Positions 9,692 through 18,356 of a DNA stretch of 32,000 bases are shown one piece after another (the stretch's first letter is position 1; each line of letters begins with the position of its first letter). Under the pieces are notes generated by a model, which saw only the letters and a program-made list of their open reading frames with translations, did no database searches and was not told the origin of the DNA. This DNA comes from Candidatus Saccharimonadota bacterium (GTDB taxonomy: Bacteria > Bacteroidota > Bacteroidia > Flavobacteriales > Blattabacteriaceae): positions 554,066 to 586,065 of the forward strand of contig NZ_CP059216.1 in assembly GCF_014252315.1 (NCBI RefSeq). The letters run 5' to 3'. A program made the translations under genes and the position numbers.

Positions 9692-10147
9692 TTGTTTAAT
9701 AATATTAATAATACTATAAACTTCTTTATTAAAAATCATTTAATACTAAAAAAAATAAATAAAAAAGTATATATATATTGTACAATTAGAAAAAAATTTT
9801 TTCTATTTAAAAAAGAAGAAGTTGTACGACAATACATAATTTTTTTACTAAAAAAAGTAAAAAAATATAAAGAAAAAAATATTGTGGTAGAATTTTCTAT
9901 ATATATCAACAAATATTTATGTAAAAAAAGAATAGATATTTTAGTTAAATCAAATAATAATCCATATATATTAATTGAGTGTAAATCACTATATACTACT
10001 ATAAACAAAAAAACTTTTGATCAAATTTTGATTTATAATAAATATATAAAATCTCCATTTTTAATGATAAGTAATGGATTAAAAAGTTATATTTTAAAAA
10101 CAAATAAACAACAAAAAATAATTAGTTCACTAAATTTTATACCATAA
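9692..10147 (+). CDS. Small HsdR_N-like (type I restriction enzyme R N-terminal domain, PD-(D/E)xK-like) protein of unknown role
   Basis: 151 aa. IRKKFFLFKKEEVVRQYIIFLL...KRIDILVKSNNNPYILIECKSLYTTINKKTFDQILIYNKY....LMISNG matches the ~150-aa stand-alone HsdR_N-like protein common in Flavobacteriia (D...E-x-K core). There is no in-frame ATG near the 5' end. The track start at 9692 is TTG, so the start codon is uncertain. Confidence 0.65.
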   Translation: MFNNINNTINFFIKNHLILKKINKKVYIYCTIRKKFFLFKKEEVVRQYIIFLLKKVKKYKEKNIVVEFSIYINKYLCKKRIDILVKSNNNPYILIECKSLYTTINKKTFDQILIYNKYIKSPFLMISNGLKSYILKTNKQQKIISSLNFIP

Positions 10148-10154
10148 AAAATAA

Positions 10155-11171
10155 TTATTTTATTGAATTCATATAAACTATAAGATCTATTAATTTATTA
10201 GAATAACCAAATTCATTATCATACCATGATATAATTTTTATAAAATTATTATCTAACATAATACTAGAACTAGCATCAAAAATAGATATTCTTTCATCTC
10301 CTATAAAATCAGTCGAAACAACAGATTCTTCTGTATATCCTAATATACCTTTTAAATCAGAATTTGATGCGTTTTTCATAGAATTTTTAATATCTTCATA
10401 ATTTGCAGAATTTTTTAAACATACAGTAAAATCTAATACAGATACATCTAAAACAGGAACTCTAAAAGCCATTCCAGTTAATTTTCCATCTAAACTAGGA
10501 ATTATTTTTCCTACCGAATTAGCCGCTCCAGTTGATGAAGGAATAATATTTACCAATGAAGATCGTCCAGATCTCCAATCTCTTAATGAAGATGAATCTA
10601 CTACTTTTTGAGTAGATGTACTAGCATGAATAGTAGTCATTAATCCTTTTGATATACCAAAATTATCATTTAAAACTTTTACAATTGGAGATAAACAATT
10701 TGTTGTGCAAGAAGCGTTAGATACAATATCATCACTATTTTTTATATTTTTATGATTTACTCCCATTACAAACATTGGAATGTCATTGCTTTTAGGTGGT
10801 GCTGATAATATAATTTTTTTACCTCCTGCATTTAAATGTTTTTCAGATAGTTTTTTTGTTAAAAAAAATCCCGTAGATTCTACTATATATTCTACATTCA
10901 AATCTTTCCAAGGTAAATTTTCAGGATTTTTTTCATTAGTAACTATAATTTTTTTACCATTTATAATTAAATTATTATCCTCAATAAATACATCATTTTT
11001 ATTTATATTATTGTAATGAACAGAATCATGTTTTATTATATAAGTTAGATATTCTATAGATATTAGATCGTTTATACATACAACTTCTATATTTTTCTTT
11101 TTAATAGCAGATAGTAAAACCATTTTTCCTATTCTACCTATTCCATTAATTCCCATTCTTATAATAGACAT
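10155..11171 (-). CDS. gapA: Type I glyceraldehyde-3-phosphate dehydrogenase
   Basis: 338 aa. NAD motif GINGIGRIGK, active site SNASCTTNCL, and C-terminal WYDNEFGYSN. Confidence 0.95.
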   Translation of the reverse strand: MSIIRMGINGIGRIGKMVLLSAIKKKNIEVVCINDLISIEYLTYIIKHDSVHYNNINKNDVFIEDNNLIINGKKIIVTNEKNPENLPWKDLNVEYIVESTGFFLTKKLSEKHLNAGGKKIILSAPPKSNDIPMFVMGVNHKNIKNSDDIVSNASCTTNCLSPIVKVLNDNFGISKGLMTTIHASTSTQKVVDSSSLRDWRSGRSSLVNIIPSSTGAANSVGKIIPSLDGKLTGMAFRVPVLDVSVLDFTVCLKNSANYEDIKNSMKNASNSDLKGILGYTEESVVSTDFIGDERISIFDASSSIMLDNNFIKIISWYDNEFGYSNKLIDLIVYMNSIK

Positions 11172-11214
11172 ATTTTTATATATATTTTAAAATTTTTATA
11201 ATTAAATTAATTTT

Positions 11215-13008
11215 TTAATCTTTAATTTTTAAAAAAGTCATAAATGCAGATGATGGTATATTGACTTTTCCTAGTTCACGCATTTTTTTCTTTCCTTTTT
11301 TTTGTTTATTCAATAATTTTTTTTTTCTAGTTATATCTCCTCCATAACATTTTCCAATTACATCTTTTCTTAAAGATTTTATAGTTTCTCTTGCAATAAT
11401 TTTTCCAGATATAGATGCTTGTATTGGTATGCTAAATTGATGTTTTGGTATTAATGCTGATAATTTTTTACAAATTTTTTTTGCTAAGATTTCTGATTTA
11501 CTTTTATGAGACAACATAGATAATGATTCTATTTTTTCTCTATTTATTAATACAATAATCTTTCTTAAATCTGATTCTCTATATTCAATAAATTGATAAT
11601 CAAAAGAGGCGTATCCTTTGGTAATTGTTTTTAATTTATCATAAAAATCAATAATAATTTCTGATAAAGGCATTTCAAATGATATTTGAACTTTTCCTGA
11701 TGATAAATAATTTTGATCCATAATAATTCCACGTTTTTTCATGCATAAAGAGATTATGTCTCCTATATCATTATTTTGTGTAATAATAGATACAAGAACA
11801 TAAGGTTCTTCTACTTTTTTAAAAGTTCCATATTCTGGAAAATTTGATGGAACATTTACAAAAAATGATTTATTTTTTGTATAAATTTTATAAGAAACAT
11901 TAGGAATAGTAACAATTACAGATATTCCATATTCTCTTTCTATACGATCTTTAATTATTTCTAAATGAAGCATACCTAAAAATCCACAATGAAATCCATA
12001 TCCTAAAGCTGAAGATGATTCTGGTTTAAAGTATATAGAAGCATCATTCAATTGAAGCTTTTCCATAGCAGTACGTAAATCTTCATATTCATTATATTTA
12101 ATAGGATAAATACTAGCAAAAACCATATGTTTTATATCTTCAAATTTTTTAACAGGATTTTTTGCAGATCGATAAAAATCTGTTATTGTATCTCCTACTT
12201 TTACTTCAAAATTATTTTTTATTCCAGAAATTAAATATCCAACATCTCCAGCTTCTATTTTATCTTTAGATATTTTTTTTAATTTAAGACATCCTATATC
12301 ATTAGCATAAAATATTTTATTTGTTGATAAAAATTTTAATTTTTGTCCTTTTTTTATACATCCGTTTTTAACTCTAAAAAAAAACTCAATACCAGTAAAA
12401 GGATTATATATAGAATCAAATACAAATGCTTGTAATGGATTATTTGAATTTCCTTTTGGAAAAGGTATTTTAATTATAATATTTTCTAATATTTTCCTAA
12501 TTCCTAATCCAATTTTAGCACTAGCAGGTATGATATCTTTTTTACTACATTTTAATAAATTAATTATATCATCAATAATATTGCCATAATTATTATTATC
12601 TATTAAATCAATTTTATTTAATACTGGGATAATTACTAAATTATTTTTTAAAGCTAAAGATAGATTAGAAACTGTTTGTGCTTGTATTCCTTTTATACAA
12701 TCTACAACTAATAAAGCCCCTTCACAAGAAGAAATAGATCTTTTAACTTCATAAGAAAAATCTATATGACCAGGAGTATCAATTAAATTAAGAGTATATA
12801 TATGATTTTTATATTTATAATTCATTTGTACTGCATGACTTTTAATAGTTATTCCTCGTTCTTTTTCTAAATCCATATTATCTAATAATTGCATATTTTT
12901 ATCTTTTATATCAACTGTATTAGTTAATTCTAAAAGACGATCTGCCAATGTACTTTTTCCATGATCTACATGTGCAATAATACAAAAATTACGTATATAA
13001 CGAATCAT
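11215..13008 (-). CDS. lepA: Translation elongation factor 4 (LepA)
   Basis: 597 aa. IRNFCIIAHVDHGKSTLADRLL, DTPGH, NKIDL and the LepA-specific C-terminal domain (...CYGGDITRKKKLL.KQK.GKKKM). Confidence 0.95.
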   Translation of the reverse strand: MIRYIRNFCIIAHVDHGKSTLADRLLELTNTVDIKDKNMQLLDNMDLEKERGITIKSHAVQMNYKYKNHIYTLNLIDTPGHIDFSYEVKRSISSCEGALLVVDCIKGIQAQTVSNLSLALKNNLVIIPVLNKIDLIDNNNYGNIIDDIINLLKCSKKDIIPASAKIGLGIRKILENIIIKIPFPKGNSNNPLQAFVFDSIYNPFTGIEFFFRVKNGCIKKGQKLKFLSTNKIFYANDIGCLKLKKISKDKIEAGDVGYLISGIKNNFEVKVGDTITDFYRSAKNPVKKFEDIKHMVFASIYPIKYNEYEDLRTAMEKLQLNDASIYFKPESSSALGYGFHCGFLGMLHLEIIKDRIEREYGISVIVTIPNVSYKIYTKNKSFFVNVPSNFPEYGTFKKVEEPYVLVSIITQNNDIGDIISLCMKKRGIIMDQNYLSSGKVQISFEMPLSEIIIDFYDKLKTITKGYASFDYQFIEYRESDLRKIIVLINREKIESLSMLSHKSKSEILAKKICKKLSALIPKHQFSIPIQASISGKIIARETIKSLRKDVIGKCYGGDITRKKKLLNKQKKGKKKMRELGKVNIPSSAFMTFLKIKD

Positions 13009-13109
13009 AATATATTTTTATTAATTTTTATTATATTAAAGTAAGTTTATACCATATGTAATGATACTATATTCTATTCTAAAAGTTAACCTACAAGATT
13101 TTTTATTAA

Positions 13110-13684
13110 TTATAATGTATATTCTTTATTATTAAATAAACTCATTGTTTTTTGTATTCCTTTTGTAATAAAGGATAAAATTATTTTTATAATTATATCT
13201 GATTTTGAAAATAAGAAGTTAATTTCATTATTTTTCCAATTACTTAATACATGTTTTTCTATATTATTAGAACAATTACCTATACCAAATCTAAATCTTG
13301 CATAATTATTGGTTCCTATTTCATTTTGAATACTTTTTAATCCATTATGACCTCCACTTCCACCTTTTTCTTTTAAACGAAAAATTCCAAATTTTATATT
13401 TATATCATCACAAATAATTAATATATTTTTTAATGATATATTTTTTTTTTTATCCAATATTTTACTGATTTTCCACTATAATTAACATAAGTAGATGGTT
13501 TTAATAAAAAAATTATATTATCTATGTAATTCAATTTTGATATAACCCCCAATTTTTTTTTAGAAAAATGTAAAGAATATTTTTCTGAAATTTTATCTAA
13601 AATAAAAAATCCAAAATTATGTCTTGTTCTACAATAATTATTTCCTGGGTTTCCTATCCCAACTAATAAAAATTTTTTTTCCAT
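13110..13684 (-). pseudogene. pth: Peptidyl-tRNA hydrolase interrupted by a frameshift in an A11 tract (may still be expressed via slippage)
   Basis: Track ORFs 13430..13684 (MEKKFLLVGIGNPGNNYCRTRHNFGF...SGKSVKYWIKKK then IYH*) and 13110..13457 (..KKKNISLKNILIICDDINIKFGIFRLKEKGGSGGHNGLKSI..) are the two halves of one Pth of about 191 aa. The frame change falls inside T11 at 13441..13451 (A11 on the coding strand). Confidence 0.85.
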
Positions 13685-13697
13685 TTATTATTTATTT

Positions 13698-14579
13698 TTA
13701 ATATCCATTTATAAAATCATGAACTGTTTTACCTATTTCTGCTGGAGATTGTACAATATTAACTCCATTTTTTTTCATAATATTTATCTTATATTGTGCG
13801 GTTTCTATATTTTTATTAATAATTGCACCTGCATGTCCCATTATTTTCCCTTTTGGAGCTGTTTTTCCTGCTATAAATCCTATTATAGGTTTTTTTATTT
13901 TATTATTATTCATCCATTTAACTGCATTAATCTCTGATTCTCCGCCTATTTCTCCAATAATTACAATACATTTTGTTTCTTTATCATATAAAAAAAGTTT
14001 TAATATATCTTTAACATTTGTTCCTACAATAGTATCCCCTCCAACTCCTACAGCTGTAGAAATACCATATCCCATTTTAATAATTTGATCTGCTGCTTCA
14101 TATGTTAATGTTCCAGATCTAGAAATTATACCTACATTTCCTTTTTTTACAAATACAGAATTTGGCATAATACCTACCTTAGATTCTCCAGAAGATATAA
14201 TACCTGGACAATTAGGTCCAATCAAATAATTATTTTTTTTTTTTAAAAATTGTTTAATTCTAATCATATCTGATATTGGTATACCTTCTGTAATACAAAC
14301 AATTATACTTATTCCTGAATAAATAGATTCCATTATAGCATCTGATGCAAAATTATATGGAACAAAAATAGCACTTACATCACAACCTGTATTATATACA
14401 GCATCTTCTACAGTATTGAATATTGGTATATCATTTATAATTTTTCCTCCTTTTCCTGGAGTTACTCCTCCAACTATATTTGTTCCATAAGAAATCATTT
14501 GACTAGCATGAAATAATCCTTCTTTTCCAGTCATTCCTTGTATAATTACTTTATTATTTTTATTTATTAAAATACTCAT
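13698..14579 (-). CDS. sucD: Succinate--CoA ligase subunit alpha
   Basis: MSILINKNNKVIIQGMTGKEG..., SRSGTLTYEA, and the phosphohistidine loop GHAGAII. The track start at 14600 is TTG. The ATG at rc 14577-14579 gives the family-typical N-terminus, so I use it. Confidence 0.93.
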   Translation of the reverse strand: MSILINKNNKVIIQGMTGKEGLFHASQMISYGTNIVGGVTPGKGGKIINDIPIFNTVEDAVYNTGCDVSAIFVPYNFASDAIMESIYSGISIIVCITEGIPISDMIRIKQFLKKKNNYLIGPNCPGIISSGESKVGIMPNSVFVKKGNVGIISRSGTLTYEAADQIIKMGYGISTAVGVGGDTIVGTNVKDILKLFLYDKETKCIVIIGEIGGESEINAVKWMNNNKIKKPIIGFIAGKTAPKGKIMGHAGAIINKNIETAQYKINIMKKNGVNIVQSPAEIGKTVHDFINGY

Positions 14580-14616
14580 TTTTTTGAATGTAAAATACAA
14601 AAAATATTTTTACTAT

Positions 14617-15852
14617 TTATTTTTTAACTATCTTTGCCATTATTTCTGCTTCTACAACTGTTTTTTCGTTTACATATCCATATCCTTTCATATAAAGAAA
14701 ACCTCTTTTCATCCAATTTAACAAATGTACTTGTAATATAATTATATCTCCAGGAACTATTTTTTTTAAAAATTTAACTTTATCTATTTTTATTAAATAA
14801 GTAGAATATAATTCTGGATTTCTAAATTGACTTAAAATTAATATTCCTCCTACTTGTGCTATAGCTTCAATTTGTAATACTCCAGGCATAACAGGTTCAT
14901 TTGGAAAATGACCTGTAAAAAAATATTCATTTATAGTAACATTTTTTACTCCTGTTATATGATTTTTTGATAAATCTATAATTTTATCTACTAATAAAAA
15001 TGGGAATTTATGAGGCAAAATATTCATAATACTCTTTGTATCAAAAATTGTTTGTTTTTCTACATATTTAATTTTATTAATTTTTGATATACGAATTTTT
15101 TCAGTTAAATTATTTAATAATTTTTTAATAATAGATTTATCTGGATTATAAATAATTATTCTTCCTTTTAATTTAACATTAACTAATGCTAAAATTCCTA
15201 TAATATCTAATAAAAAATGTTTAGCAATTTCGTTAGATAAAGAATAAAAACAATTTTTTTTATGTTTTTGTATAACACAAAAAATTTTTGAATTTGCAAT
15301 TTTTTTAAATTGATTTTCTTTTTTAAACAAAGCATTTTGTGTTTCTATATTGTTTGATTCAAAATCTATTATAGTTATTATTTCTAATTCTTTTGAAGGA
15401 GATGTTATAATTTCTCCACCTGTTTTTTTATTTTTTATAGATAAAAAATCTTTTATAAAAAAATATTTTCTTTCTGCATTTTGCTCTATAATTCCAACTT
15501 TTTCTATTTCTTCTACAAAAAATTTTGAAGATCCATCTAAAATAGGAACTTCCATGTTATTTAATTCTATTATTATATTATCTAAATTCATACCATTAAT
15601 AGCAGCAATAATATGTTCAGTGGTATAAATTTTTATATTATTTTTTTTTAATACTAAATTTTTTTCTATTTCTAATAAAGAAGATACATTTACTTTTATG
15701 CATGGTTTATTTTTTAAATCTGTTCTTATAAATAAAAATCCTGTATGTATTGGAGCAGGATTTATTGTAACAGTAATTTTTTTTTCAGTATAATATAATC
15801 CAAATCCTTTAAAGGATATTTTTCCAGCTATAGTTCTTTGTTTTATATACAT
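14617..15852 (-). CDS. Bifunctional LpxC / FabZ fusion protein (FabZ half intact; LpxC half shortened and apparently degenerate)
   Basis: 411 aa. The N-terminal part aligns to LpxC (IKQRT, NPAPIHTGFLFIRTDL, TTEHIIAAI, VPILDGSS, KHFLLDIIG). The C-terminal part is a canonical FabZ (LPHKFPFLLVDKI, FFTGHFPNEPVMPGVLQIEAIAQ). This fusion is typical of Bacteroidota. Confidence 0.85.
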   Translation of the reverse strand: MYIKQRTIAGKISFKGFGLYYTEKKITVTINPAPIHTGFLFIRTDLKNKPCIKVNVSSLLEIEKNLVLKKNNIKIYTTEHIIAAINGMNLDNIIIELNNMEVPILDGSSKFFVEEIEKVGIIEQNAERKYFFIKDFLSIKNKKTGGEIITSPSKELEIITIIDFESNNIETQNALFKKENQFKKIANSKIFCVIQKHKKNCFYSLSNEIAKHFLLDIIGILALVNVKLKGRIIIYNPDKSIIKKLLNNLTEKIRISKINKIKYVEKQTIFDTKSIMNILPHKFPFLLVDKIIDLSKNHITGVKNVTINEYFFTGHFPNEPVMPGVLQIEAIAQVGGILILSQFRNPELYSTYLIKIDKVKFLKKIVPGDIIILQVHLLNWMKRGFLYMKGYGYVNEKTVVEAEIMAKIVKK

Positions 15853-16086
15853 ATTTTATTAAAAAATTTTTTTGATTAAAAACTAGTAGAAAAATAAAAA
15901 ACTTTAATATATTATATATTATTTGTAATTTTGTTTATTTTAAAATAAAATACAGATATAATTAAATTTTAATAAAAAATGAATATTGCAAAACGTGTAT
16001 TTTTTTTTTAATAGGATTTTTTATAGGAATATTAATTTTATTTCTAAGAAAGTAAAAATGATATTAATTAAATAATTGTAATAATT

Positions 16087-16239
16087 ATGAAAAGAACATT
16101 TCAGCCTTCCAATAGAAGAAAAGTTAACGTTCATGGATTTATTAAAAGAATGAGGACAAAAAATGGTAGAATTATTATATCAAGAAGAAGACGAAAAAAT
16201 AGAAAAAAATTATCTGTTTGTAATCATAAAAAATTATAA
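16087..16239 (+). CDS. rpmH: 50S ribosomal protein L34
   Basis: Not in the ORF track (50 aa). My own translation from the ATG at 16087 is [50 protein letters not shown], with TAA at 16237-16239. MKRTFQPS..R....HGF..RM.T..GR is the L34 signature. Confidence 0.9.
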   Translation: MKRTFQPSNRRKVNVHGFIKRMRTKNGRIIISRRRRKNRKKLSVCNHKKL

Positions 16240-17444
16240 TTTTTTTCTTTATCTCCTATTTCTGGATATCCATGATTATTTACTTCTTTTTTTACAAAAA
16301 GTTTTTTTTCCGATGCTATAATATCTTTATATGCAAAAAAAGTTGATAAATCTCCTATATCAACTATTTTCATTTCAGATTCAACAATTCCAGTTTTTAC
16401 ATTGAATTTATCAAAATTCATTAAACCTATATCTACATGATATATAGAATTATTTTTTTTTATTTGTATATTTCTATATATTTTATCCAATAAAATATTT
16501 TTATTTTTTTTTATAAAAAAATAATTTTTATAATTTTTTTCCAATTTATAATTAGAAGATAGTAAATAAAATCCAAATATAATAGATATAGTATTATATT
16601 TTCTAATAATATATTTTTTATCATCTCCAGAATAATTTCCTGCTTCAATAAGAATACATGAATATCCCATTTTTTGTAAACAATCTCCAGTTGCATTTGG
16701 ATAATGTTTATCAGAATATCTACCTATTGAGGCATTATTTGGTAATATTTTTTTTATTTCTTTTGATATTTCATATATCATTCCCATTGATTTCATTTTT
16801 ACAGTATTATAATTTTCTTTTTTATTAGTAGATGGAGATAAAAAAGATAATATTGCAGGATTAAAACTTTTGTTTCCAACATTATAAATACTTTTTTGAT
16901 CATGAAGATTAAATAATATATGAGGATTTTCTTTATTTATTTCATTAAATAATATTTTAATTTCTGGAGATTCTAAACGAATAAAATCTCTATTTAAATC
17001 TATATTTATAGAATTTCTTCTTTTAAAATATTCTGATCCATCTGGATTTAACATAGGAATAAATGAAATAGTAATATTTTTAAAAAAAAATTTTACTATT
17101 TCATGATTATTATTAATTAAAAAAAAATTTAAAATATCAAATATTGATTTTGTTCCTGTAGTTTCATCTCCATGCATTTGAGACCAAATAAAAATTTTTT
17201 TTCTACCTATTCCCCATTTTATTTTAAATATTTTTCTTTTTTCAACAGAAAATCCTACAGGAATAATAGAACATATTTTTTTATACTTTTTTAGTGTTTC
17301 TAATAAATTAGAATAATTAAATATTTTTGAATGTGTATCTACATCTAAATTTATAAATTTTTTATAATTTATAAATATTGATTTTATATTAAAAGATAAC
17401 ATAAGATTGTAAAAAATTATAATTATAAAATAAAAACATTTCAA
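16224..17444 (-). CDS. M14-family zinc carboxypeptidase
   Basis: 406 aa. HxxE zinc motif ([11 protein letters not shown]), PMLNPDG, DLNRDF, LFNLHDQ and ILIEAGN match the M14 zinc and catalytic positions. The track start at 17444 is TTG and an ATG lies at rc 17400-17402, so the start is uncertain. Stop is TGA. Confidence 0.8.
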   Translation of the reverse strand: MKCFYFIIIIFYNLMLSFNIKSIFINYKKFINLDVDTHSKIFNYSNLLETLKKYKKICSIIPVGFSVEKRKIFKIKWGIGRKKIFIWSQMHGDETTGTKSIFDILNFFLINNNHEIVKFFFKNITISFIPMLNPDGSEYFKRRNSINIDLNRDFIRLESPEIKILFNEINKENPHILFNLHDQKSIYNVGNKSFNPAILSFLSPSTNKKENYNTVKMKSMGMIYEISKEIKKILPNNASIGRYSDKHYPNATGDCLQKMGYSCILIEAGNYSGDDKKYIIRKYNTISIIFGFYLLSSNYKLEKNYKNYFFIKKNKNILLDKIYRNIQIKKNNSIYHVDIGLMNFDKFNVKTGIVESEMKIVDIGDLSTFFAYKDIIASEKKLFVKKEVNNHGYPEIGDKEKNYNFL

Positions 17445-17523
17445 AATTTAATAAAATTTTTATAATGAATTTTCATAAAAAAAATATATTTTTATGTGAT
17501 ATAAATTGAAGAATTTTTTTTTT

Positions 17524-18354
17524 ATGAACATGAAAAATTATTTCAAACATATTAAGATAAGTTATACAGAATCTTTTTTATTAGTAATATCGTTTATTAC
17601 GATAAATTTTTTTAATATAATTTTGAGAAAATTACTTAATCCTTTTTCTCTTCATGAAGGAATAATGTTTTCCATATCATATGCTTTCCCTTTTATTTTA
17701 CTATTTTTAATTATTTCTTATCAAATTCAAAAAAATAATATTTTTATAAACTTATCTATGAAAGTATCTCCCTGGCATGTTTATATTGTAATATTTATTA
17801 TGATGTTCAGTATTATGACTATAAATGATCATTTATCTTCATTAATTCCTAGAAGAGGAGATGTCCTAGAAAATATGTATAAAGAAATAAATTTTTTTTT
17901 ACAAGAAGAAGTAAGAAATCCTATACCATTTCTTTCAACAACAGTTTTATTAGCACCAATATGTGAAGAATTATTATTTAGAGGAATAATTTTAAATGGA
18001 ATGTTAAAAAATAATATACATCCATTGAAAGCTATATTATTTTCTTCATTATTATTTGGATTAACACATATGAATCCATGGCAACTTGTAGGAGGAATAT
18101 TAATTGGAACATTTATAGGATATATATACTATATGACTTCATCTATTATGGATTGTATATTGTTACATATATTTAATAACGCTTTAGCCACAATTGGAGT
18201 TTTTTATACTGTAAAAGATGATAATATCATATCAAATATAAATAATATTGGAATTGACAAGCCTTTTCATTGGCCAGTATTTGTTATTGGATCATTTATT
18301 TTAACAATAGGATTCTATTATTTACTTAAAATGAGAAAAATGAATAAATTCTAA
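17524..18354 (+). CDS. CPBP (CAAX-protease-like) family intramembrane metalloprotease
   Basis: A multi-pass hydrophobic protein with the three CPBP motifs: EELLFRG, FGLTH and HIFNN. The track start at 17506 is TTG. The first ATG is 17524 (the next is 17530). Confidence 0.8.
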   Translation: MNMKNYFKHIKISYTESFLLVISFITINFFNIILRKLLNPFSLHEGIMFSISYAFPFILLFLIISYQIQKNNIFINLSMKVSPWHVYIVIFIMMFSIMTINDHLSSLIPRRGDVLENMYKEINFFLQEEVRNPIPFLSTTVLLAPICEELLFRGIILNGMLKNNIHPLKAILFSSLLFGLTHMNPWQLVGGILIGTFIGYIYYMTSSIMDCILLHIFNNALATIGVFYTVKDDNIISNINNIGIDKPFHWPVFVIGSFILTIGFYYLLKMRKMNKF

Positions 18355-18356
18355 AA

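Noticed and set aside
9736-10008. 90-aa minus-strand ORF
   Set aside because: It is antisense to the HsdR_N-like gene, whose plus-strand product has recognisable family motifs. This one is Phe/Ile/Leu low-complexity.
10780-11016. 78-aa plus-strand ORF
   Set aside because: It is antisense inside gapA, which is unambiguous. It is a compositional artefact of AT-rich DNA with few stop codons in that frame.
13719-13937. 72-aa plus-strand ORF
   Set aside because: Antisense inside sucD, with no recognisable motif.
15350-15628. 92-aa plus-strand ORF
   Set aside because: Antisense inside the LpxC part of lpxC-fabZ, with no recognisable motif.
15926-15933. Matches to the Bacteroidota -7 promoter motif TAnnTTTG: TAATTTTG at 15926..15933 upstream of rpmH, and TATCTTTG on the minus strand at 25651..25658 upstream of sufA
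   Set aside because: The motif is AT-rich and expected frequently by chance here. The rpmH match is 154 nt from the ATG. The sufA match lacks a correctly spaced -33 TTG (12 nt instead of about 19-21). This is not enough to annotate promoters.
15979-16011. 10-codon mini-ORF (ATG AAT ATT GCA AAA CGT GTA TTT TTT TTT TAA) and a 5-codon ORF upstream of rpmH, considered as a possible leader peptide
   Set aside because: No associated attenuator-like structure or conserved sequence is visible. Such mini-ORFs are expected by chance in this composition.
16511-16696. 61-aa minus-strand ORF
   Set aside because: It is an alternative frame inside the M14 carboxypeptidase gene, whose own frame carries the catalytic motifs.
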